From: Octopus vulgaris
Lineage: Eukaryota
Length of the DNA: 64,000 nt
Direction: 5' to 3'
NCBI GenBank assembly: GCA_951406725.2
Contig: OX597819.1
Coordinates: forward strand, 11,284,001 to 11,348,000
The notes beneath the pieces were generated by a model. It was not told the origin of the DNA, ran no database searches, and saw only the letters and a program-made list of their open reading frames with translations. Position 1 is the stretch's first letter. The number at the start of each line of letters is the position of its first letter. The translations under genes were made by a program, and so were the position numbers. Shown here piece after piece: positions 1 to 13,440 of the stretch.

Positions 1-459
1 TACAGGTGTGATGGCCTCCAGTGTCGTCATCCACCCGGCAGCTTTCACTAAGATCAATGGACATACGGGTGGGTTAGTCATTACATACAGATAGTTTGAT
101 AATTTACTTTCGGGTGGACTGTAAAACAAGACTACTGCCAGGTGCGGTGTATGTAAGAAGAGAACGGTGACGGATGGCTGGGTGGATTTGACTTGGGTGT
201 GTGAGTGTGTGTTTGTATATGACTGCACGTGTGCGTGAGTATCTGGGTGCGACAAATATGTGGGTATGTCCACGGATATATGACTAAATGAATGCATGTG
301 TGTGTGTCTTTGGATACATAAAAACACACATACACATACATACACGAACACGCAGACATGCATACATACACACATAAATCTCAATCTATCCCCCTCTTCT
401 TTCTTCCTTCCTCCCACTCTCTCTGTGTAAGTATGTACGTATCTACGCATTTTTCTATG

Positions 460-506
<47 letters not shown>

Positions 507-1908
507 GTATGTATATGTGTCTGCACACACACACACATACACATATATACATATATACATACACACATACATACATACATTCATATGCACATGAATGAAC
601 TGAATGAATGAATATATGTATGTAAGTATTATGTGAGTATGTGTGTGTGTGTATAGCGAATATAGCTATCTATTTATCTATCTATCTATCTGTTTATCTC
701 TCTATGTATGTATGTATGTATACATGCATGTACGTATACACATACGCAGAAATATATGAATGATGGAAGATTAAATGATGAATGATAGTCAATTAAGCAG
801 ACTGAGAATTTAGTTTCAGTCTTATTCTGAACTCTTTATTGAAATATGGTCTCTCCCGTATTTTCTAACTACATACGCAAATTTACAAGAATATATATAT
901 ATATATATATACACAAAGTGTGGGGGTTTAGTTCACAGGTGATCTAAACGACTAGGTACACCCTTAAAATTTCACAAATTCTTCCGCACTTTCAACTTCC
1001 ATAAAACCAAATTTAAATTCACCCGTCCACGAATAACTTTCACATACTAACCTCCATGATCGTTAACACATACCCCTGTGTATTTCTTCTATCAACCTCA
1101 TCAGTTTATAAGTTAAATGTTAATTCTTTAATTTATTTTAAAACCTGAACCTAAATAATTTAACATTGAACTGGTTTCTCCATTCAGGACTACCTAAATT
1201 CTCATACCACCATTGCCAAAACTATTTCTACAGCCACTGACCTTAGCCACAAAGCGGACACAGATGACACAAATCAAGAGGCAAATCTGTGAACTCTATG
1301 TATGTACATGCATATATCTTTTGTATGATGTAAAAGGATAAAATCTCTTTATATATGTATATGTATTAATGGATGTTTTTTGCGCATGTATGTATATACA
1401 TGTGCATGTATTTGGTACCTGTGTGTATATATATATGTATGCAGATTTAGACTAAAGTTTCGATTTTCGCTGTATGATATATGAATATAATGACATTGTA
1501 TATTGTATTGCATTATTTATTGAATTATTGTACTGGCATCTCCCATAGGCATCTGTTTATATATTATGTTATACTATATTGTATATGTAATAAGCAATAC
1601 AATATATTATATTATATTATGTTGTGTTACACTGTATTATATTATACTATATTTTATGTGGTATTTTCCATCTACTATGTATTGTGAATAGCAGAATGTA
1701 CATATTCTATTATTGGTATTAATAATAATAATAATGATATTAATAGTTTTGGTAATGTAATACAATGAACTTTGGACTTTGTATATATACCCTTTCATGT
1801 GGACATATATTGTATACGCCAGTATATATATTTGATTAACTGTAACCTTATGTTTATGTATATTATTATGTATATACTTATATATATGTATATGTATGTG
1901 TATATACA

Positions 1909-1952
<44 letters not shown>

Positions 1953-2035
1953 TATTCTTGTGTATGTGTACTTTGTTTCATATTCATATTTGCATTTTAT
2001 ATCTTCATTTTATATCTTCATAATTGTACTTTATA

Positions 2036-2161
2036 ATCTCTGACGAGGCCTTGAGATATATATATAAGTAACTCATTTTTAATTGCATATTACCTCAATA
2101 CATCTGACTAATATAGGCATAATGAGATACCCTTATCTACAGGCTGAAACAGCTGTAAGAT
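2036..2161 (+). ncRNA. Type I hammerhead ribozyme motif (PLE pLTR-like)
   Basis: atct-CTGACGA(2040)-ggcct...aggct-GAAA(2146)-cagctg-TA-agat; stems I and II pair; stem III is a palindrome. Confidence 0.8.
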
Positions 2162-2499
2162 CCATTTTATATGTATTATTTTTATGGTATTATCTTACTT
2201 ATTGATGTATATTGTTTTATTCTGCTGGATTTGGATGTTCCTATTTAATTAGTTAATAAATTATATGAATTGGTATTATCTGTAAGTTGATGATTGAAAG
2301 GAATCTATTCCTCCATTTTCATATTTTGTATTATGAATTTGGGGTAAAACATTTTACCTTCGCCCATATAATACAATAAATGAACTAATTGCATTGCAAT
2401 TGTAAGCATTTATGTATTAGCCTTTTGGGTACTTCACTGGCAGTATATTGGATAAATGATATCCCATAGTGGGTTACACTCATAACCCCTGTCTCACTT

Positions 2500-2549
<50 letters not shown>

Positions 2550-2551
<2 letters not shown>

Positions 2552-2800
2552 GTTGGAATTTACAAAAACAAACAAACAAACAAACAAATCAAAAGACGAA
2601 GACGGGTATGTAGACAACAAACAGATGCATTAGTTTAACGCTCGGGAGTGAGAAAGTCTTTTACGTTTCGAGTCAACGCTCTTCAACAAAAAGGAACAGA
2701 AATAAACAGGGAGAGAAAATAAAAATGGTATAGTGGCTAGCGATCAATCATGGCGAATGAAGGACAGAGATGGTCAGACAGGAGAGCTAGGAAGAAGGGG
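2550..2800 (-). mobile_element. PLE pLTR-derived module, family P1, with degenerate HHR (2658-2693)
   Basis: Homologous to 41170-41460, which is the 3' end of a GIY-YIG remnant; flanked by (TA)n. Confidence 0.7.
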
Positions 2801-3321
2801 ATATATATATATATATCGTATTGTAATTTAATTCTCGTTTTGTATTTTCTTGTACATGTATCTTTAATTTTGTATTTTTTCTTGTATTTTTTTTTGTGCA
2901 GTTCTTTGTTACGTCCCTTTTTGCGTTACATTTTTTCTTGCTCGTTTTACCCCTCTACTAGGTTATTTTATTTTAATTCTCTCGTAGGAAGGCCTAGCAT
3001 GACCAGACGTGTCCTGTCTTGCCTTCGAAACACGCTATGTCTGCTAGCGACAGCTGATGAAGGGGATTTTTCCTTGTGCAGCATGTCCTGTACTTCGATT
3101 TTCTGCTGTACATAATGTTTTTCCCGTTTTCGTCTTTCGTCTTGTTCCACGTCTCTGTCCTTCTGTTGTAACAAAATGGCTTTTCCGTTTTCGTTTCTGT
3201 TGATTTTTACGTCTTCTTGTGGTGTCCTGTACGTATATATATTTATATATGCATGTATATATACATGTAGATGTCGGTACGTACATATATGTTTGTATGT
3301 ATGCATATATTTTATTTATTA

Positions 3322-3363
<42 letters not shown>

Positions 3364-3408
3364 GTATATATGTATATATGTATATATATATATATATATA
3401 TGTATGTA

Positions 3409-3454
<46 letters not shown>

Positions 3455-3467
3455 TATATATATAAAT

Positions 3468-4276
3468 CAGTGGCGTGCGGTGACTTCTAAGGTTGGTCAT
3501 GCAATAAATACTTGGCGCACATGGCGGAGACGTAACCCACTTCCCCACCTTAAAAATTTTTTTCGTTTACGGAAACCCATGTTTATGGCTATGGAGACTC
3601 CAATTCTGAAAAAAAAAATTGGAGAAAATCGAAACGTCAAAATTTCAATTGTGAAAAAGGAAAAAAAAACAAAAAAAAAAACAAAAACAATGAACAGTTT
3701 CAATTTCATTTCGTCACAGTATTCTTCATTTTACTGCGATCGTGAATTGTAAATCAGTTTCGAAAACTTGGAAAGATAATTTTAGTAAACGAAAGCTACA
3801 TTACATTTCTGATTTCAGAATTTTTTTGTTGAGTACAGAGGATGGTTAATGATAATAATTTCAAAACTTACGACAGAGCGAAATAGATATTCCAAAGTCA
3901 CGGCAACATTTGATCTCACTAATTAAGAATTATGGGATTGTTGATATGTTTTGGTCATAATCTAGCAGGCATTGACATTGACTTTACAGATAGGCAAGAG
4001 AGAAATGGTAGTTATTGAAAAATAAGAAGGGAAGGACAGAAGTTTCATATGCGTTTTTCTTTAAGCATGCCTTTTGGAGGCAAAAAAGGGAATTCAGCGA
4101 AGTATCGAATCTGGACGGGTTTCCATTCAAATAAAGTAACTATTTTAGCTTAGTTTCCAATGATTTGGACAATTTTTCAATGTGGTTATAAATACATTAC
4201 ATCCTTAAATTTTTGAGTTATAAATAAATCAACGGACAGGCAGTCCTTGACTAGTATTCGCGACTGCACGCCGCTG
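3468..4276. mobile_element. Non-autonomous TIR DNA transposon, hAT-like, inside (TA)n
   Basis: Left end cagtggcgtgcggt; right end reverse complement cagcggcgtgcagt; 8-bp flanks atataaat/gtatatat are imperfect. Confidence 0.6.
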
Positions 4277-4300
4277 GTATATATATATATATTTATATAT

Positions 4301-4598
4301 CACCGTGACCGACCAGGCCATCAGATGTTGTTACACATCGCTGGTCACAATGCGCTTCGCATTGTTTTAGCCTTCAAATGACGCCACCCCGCTGGCTAAG
4401 CGAGCAGGCCAACAGAAGAAAGAGTGGGAGAAAGTTGTGGGGAAAGAGTACAGCAGGGATCGCCACCATCCGCTGCCGGAGCCTCGTGGAGCTTTAGGTG
4501 TTTTCGCTCAATAAACACTCACAACGCCCGGTCTGGGAATCGAAACCGCGATCCTACGACCGCGAGTCCGCTGCCCTAACCACTAGGCCATTGCGCCT

Positions 4599-4601
<3 letters not shown>
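4301..4601 (-). mobile_element. SINE family B head with an alternative 3' tail (B2)
   Basis: tRNA-like head ggaggcgcaatggcctagtggttagggcagcgg and core shared with family B; distal ~110 nt unrelated to the B tail. Confidence 0.85.
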
Positions 4602-4653
<52 letters not shown>

Positions 4654-4655
<2 letters not shown>

Positions 4656-5050
4656 TGGCTGTGTGGTAAGTAGCTTGCTTACCAACCACGTGGTTCAGGG
4701 TTCATTCCCACTGCGTGGCACCTTAGGCATGTGTCTTCTACTATAGCCTCGGGCCGACCAAAGCCTTGTGAGTGGATTTGGTAGACGGAAACTGAAAGAA
4801 GCCTGTCGTATATATGTTTATGTATGTGTGTGTATATGTTTGTGTGTCTGAGTTTGTCCCCTCCAACATGGCTTGACAACCGATGCTGGTGTGTTTACGT
4901 CCCCGTAACTTAGCGGTTCAGCAAAAGAAACAGATAGAATAAGTACTGGGCTTACAAAGAATAAGTCCTGGGGTCGATTCGCACGACTAAAGGCGGTGCT
5001 CCAGCATGGCCGCAGTCAAATGACTGAAGCAAGTAAAAGCGTAAAAGAGT
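4654..5050 (+). mobile_element. SINE family A (tRNA-headed, internal microsatellite)
   Basis: gtggctgtgtggtaag...ggttcattccc (A/B-box-like) ...gactgaagcaagtaaaag; more than 10 copies in the window. Confidence 0.9.
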
Positions 5051-5317
5051 ATATGTATGTGTATGTGTGTGTGTGTGTGTGTGTATACATATACATATGT
5101 GAATATATATATATACATACATATATACATACATGTATATATACATATATATATATATAATTCAGTTGAATTAGGTACTTAAGTTAGAGCACCAAGTCAA
5201 TCCGGTATTATCCGCACTGCTCCAAGTAAGGTGAATAAAATCTTCTTGGTCTGTTAAAGTGTTTGGGAAAAATGATATTAATGCATCCAACTAGTTAAAA
5301 TTATTTTTATTTACTTG

Positions 5318-5403
5318 TGCAGCTGATGATGGCACTGCATTTAAATTGATGTAATGATTGCATTGTTGAAGTAAATGAAGCCGCTTGAAACGGACGTACT
5401 GCA
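5318..5403 (+). ncRNA. Type I HHR motif
   Basis: tgcag-CTGATGA(5323)...GAAA(5387)-cggacg-TA-ctgca; stem II is imperfect. Confidence 0.65.
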
Positions 5404-5431
5404 TCACTTCTGTTGCTTACTTTGATTATAT

Positions 5432-5511
<80 letters not shown>

Positions 5512-5570
5512 CAGTAAAAGTAATTAAGATTCAAGTGAGTTCTGTTGAATTCACATGAATGAGGTACTTA

Positions 5571-6247
5571 ACTTGGATGCACCAGGAATCTATATGGTAT
5601 TAACCATAAGATAATGCGGGGTGATTATAAGCAAGAAAAAAGCAACAAAAATGGATCAATATTTCGGTACAATTGTTTCGTACGAAGACACCTTTATTAA
5701 GGCTGCAAATATTGCAGCAAATACACGTGACCCGTACTCATCAGCCGAAAAAACATCTGAGTTCTCAAAACATCTAAGGGGGTGAGGCTACACTCATGAA
5801 ACATTCGGGATAGTTCTATAAAAATCTGATGTTTTGAGAACTCAGATGTTTTTTCGGCTGATGAGTACGGGCCACGTGTATTTGCTGCAATATTTGCAGC
5901 CTAAATAAAGGTGTATTCGTACGAAACAATTGTACCGAAATAGTGATCCATTTTTGTTGCTTTTTTCTTGCTTATAATCACCCCGCATTATCTTATGGTT
6001 AATACCATATATATTCCTGGTGCATCCAAGTCTGAGTTCTCAAAACATCTAAGGGGGTGAGGCTACACTCATGAGACATTCGGGATAGTTCTATAAAAAT
6101 CTGATGTTTTGAGAACTCAGATGTTTTTTCGGCTGATGAGTACGGGCCACGTGTATTTGCTGCAATATTTGCAGCCTAAATAAAGGTGTCTTCGTACGAA
6201 ACAATTGTACCGAAATAGTGATCCATTTTTGTTGCTTTTTTCTTGCT

Positions 6248-6248
<1 letters not shown>
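5571..6248. mobile_element. PLE-like pLTR cluster: inverted plus direct repeats with three HHRs (5662-5750 -, 5852-5940 +, 6127-6215 +)
   Basis: tttcgg-CTGATGA-gtacg...cgtac-GAAA-caattg-TA-ccgaaa three times; 5571-5775 is inverted to 5828-6031; 6031-6248 repeats 5756-5973. Confidence 0.85.
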
Positions 6249-6316
<68 letters not shown>

Positions 6317-6328
6317 GAATTAGAAATA

Positions 6329-6562
6329 TAGTTCCTTATTGCCCACAGGGGGCTAAATACAGAGGAGACAAACAAGGACAGACAAAGGGATTAAGTCGAT
6401 TACATCGACCCCAGTGCGTAACTGGTACATATTTACTCAACCCCGAAAGGATGAAAGGCAAAGTCGACCTCGGCGGAATTTGAACTCAGAACGTAACTGC
6501 AGACGAAATACTGCTAAGCATTTCACCTGGCGTGCTAACGATTCTGCCAGCTCGCCGCCCTT
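6329..6562 (-). mobile_element. SINE family C
   Basis: ggcggcgagctggcagaa...gagttcaaattccgccgaggtcgac...agccccctgtggg; imperfect TSD tagaa(t/c)agaaata. Confidence 0.9.
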
Positions 6563-7089
6563 AATAGAATCAGAAATAGAATGTACTTCGTACAATATCA
6601 TACATATGAAAAATGAATAGGTGAGGCTTTTCTGATAATTTTTCCACTTCGATAATTAGTTGTTTGTAAATCATTCGGTGGTTACGAATCGCCATTCTAT
6701 TTTGAGTTGCTCGCTTAAAAGCGTTTTCACACTGCTTCGAATCTCAGAGTTCTTTTGATGCATTTTCAGTTTCTGGATGAGTTTTGGTACACATTTTAGA
6801 GGTTGCTACAAAGCTACACGCACACACACAAGAACACAGACATAGAATACACACAAACAACCCCTAAAAACCTAACCAACACACAGACAGAAACAAAGAT
6901 TGTATTAAAAGAATACTGATCTCAATAAAAGAACGCTTTGAAACCGGCTTTTAAGCGAGAAACTCGAAATAGAATCACGATTTGTAAATCCCTAATGATA
7001 TATAAACATCTAATTATTGAAAAATTATCAAGAAAACCTTTCCAATTCATTTTAAAATACATATTGTGTATACACACTCACACACACAG

Positions 7090-7234
7090 ATATATATATA
7101 TACATATAATGTGTATGTATGTATGTATATATATATATACATATATATACAGTATACATATATATATATATGCATATATACACATTCTGTGTGTGTGTCT
7201 GTATGTATATAATCCATGTATATATGTCTGTATA

Positions 7235-7297
<63 letters not shown>

Positions 7298-7417
7298 GTA
7301 TATATATATACATATATATAGATGCATATATACACACTGTGCGGGTGTGTCTGTATGTATATAACCCATGTATATATGTATGTATATATATTATATATAT
7401 ATATATATATGTATACA

Positions 7418-7455
<38 letters not shown>

Positions 7456-7468
7456 ATATATATATATA

Positions 7469-7513
<45 letters not shown>

Positions 7514-7585
7514 TATATATATATACATATATATACATGCATATATACACATTGTGTGTGCGTCTGTATGTATGTATGTATGTAT
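7090..7585. repeat. Compound TA/TG microsatellite with a three-fold higher-order unit
   Basis: cagtata...tgcatatatacaca..tgtg..gtctgtatgtat recurs three times. Confidence 0.8.
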
Positions 7586-8343
7586 ATAGATAACCCACTC
7601 GACAGGCTTCTGCGCAGCTCCATTCACGCATTTTCCAAAGGTTATGATGAAAGACAAAGACCCAAGATGCTTCGCATTTGGAACGAACCCGAAACCTTGT
7701 GATTGTGAGGTGAATGCTTAACAATTCGGCCATGAATGCGTGGTGGTGGTGGTGTTGGTGGTGGTAGTGGTGGTGGTAGGGGTGGAGGTGGTGATGGGGT
7801 GGATGGTGGTGGTGGTGGTGGTGGTAGAGGTATGGTGATGTTAGAAACTGATAGTAATAGTGGTTTAGTTGGTGATGGTCGTGGTCGTAGCGATGGTGTT
7901 GTCCCTTGTGGTGGTGGTAGAGGGGGGTTGTAAGCGGTGGTGTTGGTGGCGGCGGCGATGTGGTTACGATAAATATTGATTGAAGTAGTAGCAGTAGTGG
8001 GGGGAGCGATGGGGGGAGCGATGGGGGTGGGGGGTAGGGTCGGTGAGTGTTTTTAGAAAAAAGGGCGGAGGCAAGTAAGGTGGAGGTAGTGGGAGGTATA
8101 GTGAGGGAGGAGAGGTATAATGAGGAAGGGGTATAGGGGAAGGGTATCACGAAGGTAGAAGGGAGACAGACAAGAGAAGAGTAAAAGTGGGAGGAAAGAC
8201 ATTGCTATGTGCGTATGCGCGTGTGTGTGTGTGTGTACGTATGTACATATATATATGTATATATACGTACCTAAATATATATATATATATAAAGAGAGAG
8301 AGAGAGACAGAGAGAGAGAGAAAGAGGGAGAGAGAAGTGTAAA

Positions 8344-8393
<50 letters not shown>

Positions 8394-8455
8394 CATACAC
8401 ACACACGCGCCTAGTAAGGTCTTTCCTCCCACTTTTACTCTTCTCTCTCCCTCTT

Positions 8456-8502
<47 letters not shown>

Positions 8503-8571
8503 TTATATTTGTATATATATATTATATATATATATATATAGGTACGTATATATGCGCGTCAATGTATACAC

Positions 8572-8608
<37 letters not shown>

Positions 8609-8760
8609 AACACAGACACATATATATATTGAGATAGTGAGAAGGAAAGAGAAAGAAAATGTACGTGTGTGTGCGTGCACACACACGTATATATATAATG
8701 AAAGGCAGAGAAGATAAAAGGCCGAGTAAAGAGAATAGCGAAGCAGAATGAGATGATAAA

Positions 8761-8813
<53 letters not shown>

Positions 8814-9142
8814 AGACGAAGAAGAAGAAGAAGAAGATTAGTCGTAGAGGAAGAGGAAGTGTAGATAAAAGATTTGAAGGAGTAGAGGTGTGTAGGAGCC
8901 GCCACTGTTCCCTACCACCACCACCACTGCCGTCACTCCATAACAGCTTTCTTACGCCAATTTGTCAGCGGCCATATTGCCCCATTGTAAAACGCTCTTG
9001 TTTTAGGCGTGTCAAAGGTCAGGGTGGTGTTATGTAGCTGATAAATATAACGAGTCACTATATATATATATAAATAAATATATACATACATACATACATA
9101 CATACATACATACATACATACATACATACATACATACATACA

Positions 9143-9178
<36 letters not shown>

Positions 9179-9468
9179 TAACCACACGCTCTTTCTCACA
9201 CACACGGACACACACAGGCACGCACACTTATACTACACTCCCATATATGCATTGCAGTTATTCTTAGACATAAGTATATTTGTAGGAAAAAAAAACCCAA
9301 AACAATTACACAATATATACACAGGCCCATACATATGCTGGCCCATTTATTTTATCACATTAATACATACTTACTAACCCTCATACCTACACAAGGATAT
9401 ATACCCACTCTCATACATACGCTCTCACCTACACGTATATACAAAATATTCACCTGTTAGACGCACAC

Positions 9469-9513
<45 letters not shown>

Positions 9514-9642
9514 TATTTGTATACATACATATATATTTGTGTACGTATGCATGTATGTATGTATATATATATATATATATATGTATGTATATACATATAT
9601 ATGTACACACACACACACATATATATACATACATATATATAC

Positions 9643-9684
<42 letters not shown>

Positions 9685-10339
9685 ATGCACTTACGCATAG
9701 CTAGATTACGTAAATAGCTTCCTGAAAGTTCTTTTGCGCTTATTTTGATATGCTATAACATACCTTAGGCATATCTTTATGCAGGCGTGTTTCATATATA
9801 TATATAAGCAAGACTTCGTTAAGAAGAATGGAGAATTATATATATCTTCAAAATTTGTTTATTACAATATTATTATTCTCATTAAATTCCAATCCGACAC
9901 GTGTTTCTGCTGGATAAGTGTTTTAATATTCTTTGACGTAGCGCTTATGAGCATTTAATTGGTTCAGTAGTAGAACATACAACCAAGGTAGACATTCTTA
10001 TTTCAGCTTTGTTCAAGGTTTTACTTTCATGCGGGTGGGTAAAGCTGTAAGGTACCGCATTAGTGAAAATATAAATGAAAGAAGGTTTGAAAATGCAAAA
10101 GTCTTTTAGAGATGTTTATTGACTTGACCGGTTTCACTTTTTCAGAAAAAGATTATCAAAAGTAAAGTGTAAAGCTTTGTATAAGCTTTGTTGTGTTAAA
10201 AAATGGTTATCACAAAAGTATTAAAATACAGATATACAGTCTTCGATAACGATAAGAAGATGTTAAAAACAGTTTACAAGAAAGTATTCGAGACTACAAT
10301 AAGCAATTTGAGTTCAATAGAAATCATGTTTGTTTGGTA

Positions 10340-10411
<72 letters not shown>

Positions 10412-10502
10412 ATATATATATATACAGAACGAGATATATTTAAGAATTTACAAAAAATTGGAGAGGAATAACTGACCTGCCTGTCTGACATTTTCTGTCT
10501 TG

Positions 10503-10600
<98 letters not shown>

Positions 10601-10802
10601 CTGTGTGAGTTAGAGGTTGAGAAGCCAACCAACTAAGGGATAGTACTTATCCAATATACTACTGCTGGTAGTGGTTGATCAGCAAAAAGTAACGAACACT
10701 AACACCGCACTTTGGTCCCACCTGGTTCTTTACTCTCATTAGTACACTCATATACCAAATTTTCCCACGATAGGTTTCCACCATCATAGGCTACTTGGAG
10801 GG

Positions 10803-11400
10803 CTAGGCATGCCGTGGTTGATGATGGAACACGTGACCCGCCTGTTCAGGACAACTTTCGGGCCGGGACCTATGGACAATCACCAAAGATCCCTGGCCTG
10901 GCAGTGCTATCGAGAAACATTGCCTGTTCGGGATAAGCTCTACAGGTACGGTTCGAGACACACCGGACCTTCTTTCCCGAGATGCGGTCAGAACGACGAA
11001 ACCGTTCTGCACAGTGTTCAACCATTTCGGACCTGTGGGCTTATGCCGGACGGCTGCTGTCACGTGTGGGACGAGTCCGCCTGTCGGCCGAGTCTATCGT
11101 GAGAAATGGCTCCGCCACCTTCACTCAACCGGGAAGGCAAGGCAGTTTTCATCGTACTGGTGGCCATGGTGAAAGAATGTGTGTGGTGGACTCGAGCGAA
11201 AGGTTTAGAGACAAACACTTTGCTCTCTGGCCAATCGCTCATCAACTTTTTCAAGTACCACTGGAAAAGGAAGGTGAGAATGGGGAGGCAGGTTTTGTAT
11301 CGTGAAAGTTTCAAAAAAAGGTAGGTGAATGTAGCAAAGATGGTGCGTGCGAGCGACGAAACCACTTTGAGCATGATCATGTAAATCGTAAAAAGAGAGA
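10803..11400 (+). pseudogene. L1/Tx1-clade LINE ORF2 C-terminal (zf-RVT) fragment, frameshifted
   Basis: DNHQRSLAWQCYRETLPVRDKL...PRCGQNDETVLH, then AMVKECVWWTR; pattern of the L1/Tx1 zinc-binding region. Confidence 0.7.
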
Positions 11401-11579
11401 TAGAGAGCACTTTTCTCTCGTGTGTTTATTTCCTCTGCAAACATCTTCCGGGCAATATATGAAAACGAATTAACTTCATAAAGAACTTTATTTTAAGTTT
11501 GCGGTTGATAAAAAAAATTATCTGTATATCCAGCCATTCATATATATACACTTACATTACATACATCTGTACGTACGTA

Positions 11580-11925
11580 CGTACGTATGTATGTATGTAT
11601 GTATGTATGTATGTATGTATGTATGTATGTATGTATGTATGTATGTATGTATGTATGTATGTGTGCATGTATGTATGTATGTGTGCATGTATGTATGTAT
11701 GTATGTATGTATGTATGTATGTATCTATGTATGTGTGCATGTATGTGTGCATGTATGTATGTATGTATGTATGTATGTATGTATGCATGTATGTATGTGT
11801 GCATGTATGTATGTATGTATGTATGCATGTATGTATGTATGTGTGCATGTATGTATGTATGTGTGCATGTATGTATGTATGTGTGTATGTATGTATGTAT
11901 GTATGCATGTATGTATGTATGTATT
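11580..11925. repeat. (TATG)n microsatellite
   Basis: Direct reading. Confidence 0.95.
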
Positions 11926-12036
11926 TTTTATACTCCATGTAAAAGTAAATTAATTTGTGAATATATATAACTATCAATGTGCTTCTACGCATGTGTTTAT
12001 CTTCTGTGCAGCCTTACCCATAAATATCTATCTATC

Positions 12037-12126
<90 letters not shown>

Positions 12127-13025
12127 TGTGTGTATGTGTATACGTATATTTATGTATATATCAAGCCTAATCGCGTTTATCTGCATCATTATCTCTCTCT
12201 CTCCCTACACACACACACACTCACACACACACACTCACACACACACACGCGCACACACACGCACACATACATTTGCATTATGTATGAGTCTATACACACA
12301 GACTGTTGAACAGTTGCCATCAATCAAATTACGTTTACAAGGTTGAGTAGAAGAATCCGAAGTAGAAGGCATTAGTTCAAAGCGAATTTATGCTATTTTT
12401 ATAATTATACACCTCCCCCCACACCCACACCAACCCACCCACACACAGACACACTCATTCACGCACACACTTATATACACATATACGTATACACACACAC
12501 ACGTGTACCCACATCTGTATATAGCCAAAGAGTAGAGTATGACCCAGCAGCATATAACATGCTTTCGTTCATTGTTTTAGGTGCCTGTGTAACCATGAGA
12601 AGATATTGCCATCTAAACTCTCCCATTCCTTAATCCAGCGAGAAGGATTAAGTAGTTGTATTACTCAGAAGCTCATTTTTAGTTCAGAGGTGTGAAGAAA
12701 TGAAGTAGCACTCGGTTCAGAGATCGACCGCATAAGCTACCAAACATATCCCCAGTTTAGCACCACCACTCGAAGCCTTGGCTATCTTTAGTGGAGCCAA
12801 ATCTGTGTCAAGGATTTAGTACAGGATCCGTTTTGAAGATGGCTTTCATCTTCAGTCTGACAGGCCTCGGAAGCCCGTTAATGGATCACAGCCACTGCAT
12901 CGATATGTTGACAAATATTCTTGCTTATGTATTGTCACGCTACTTTTATTTGTTTGAATTAAAGCTTAAGTCAATGTCTCTGCTCACTGTTTTCCCAACC
13001 GTTGTGGGGAACGTTTGATGTTTCA

Positions 13026-13214
13026 TTTCTTACTTGTTTCAGCCTGCGGCCATGCTGGGGCACCGCTTTGAAGACATTTTTTAGTCGAATGAATCGACTC
13101 CAGTTCTTATATTTTTTTAAAGCCTGGTACTTATTCTATCGGTCTCTTTTACCGAACCGCTAAGTTATGGGGGACGGAAAAACACAGATTGTGAAGCAGT
13201 GGTTGAGCGACAAA

Positions 13215-13263
<49 letters not shown>

Positions 13264-13440
13264 ATTTACGCAAGATTCAACAGGATTCTTTCAGTTTTCG
13301 TCAACCAAACCCACTGACAAGGTTTTGGTCGGCCCGAGGCCATAGTAGAAGATAGTTGCCCAAGATGACACGCAGTGGGACTGAACCCGGATCCAAGTGG
13401 TTGAGAAGCAAACTTCTTGCTGCACAACAACGCCCGCGCC
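13026..13440 (-). mobile_element. SINE family A, diverged
   Basis: Homology to the family A copies. Confidence 0.85.

Noticed and set aside
9890-9915. GAAA-cacgtg-TC half hammerhead on the minus strand
   Set aside because: I could not locate a matching CUGANGA half, so it is not counted.
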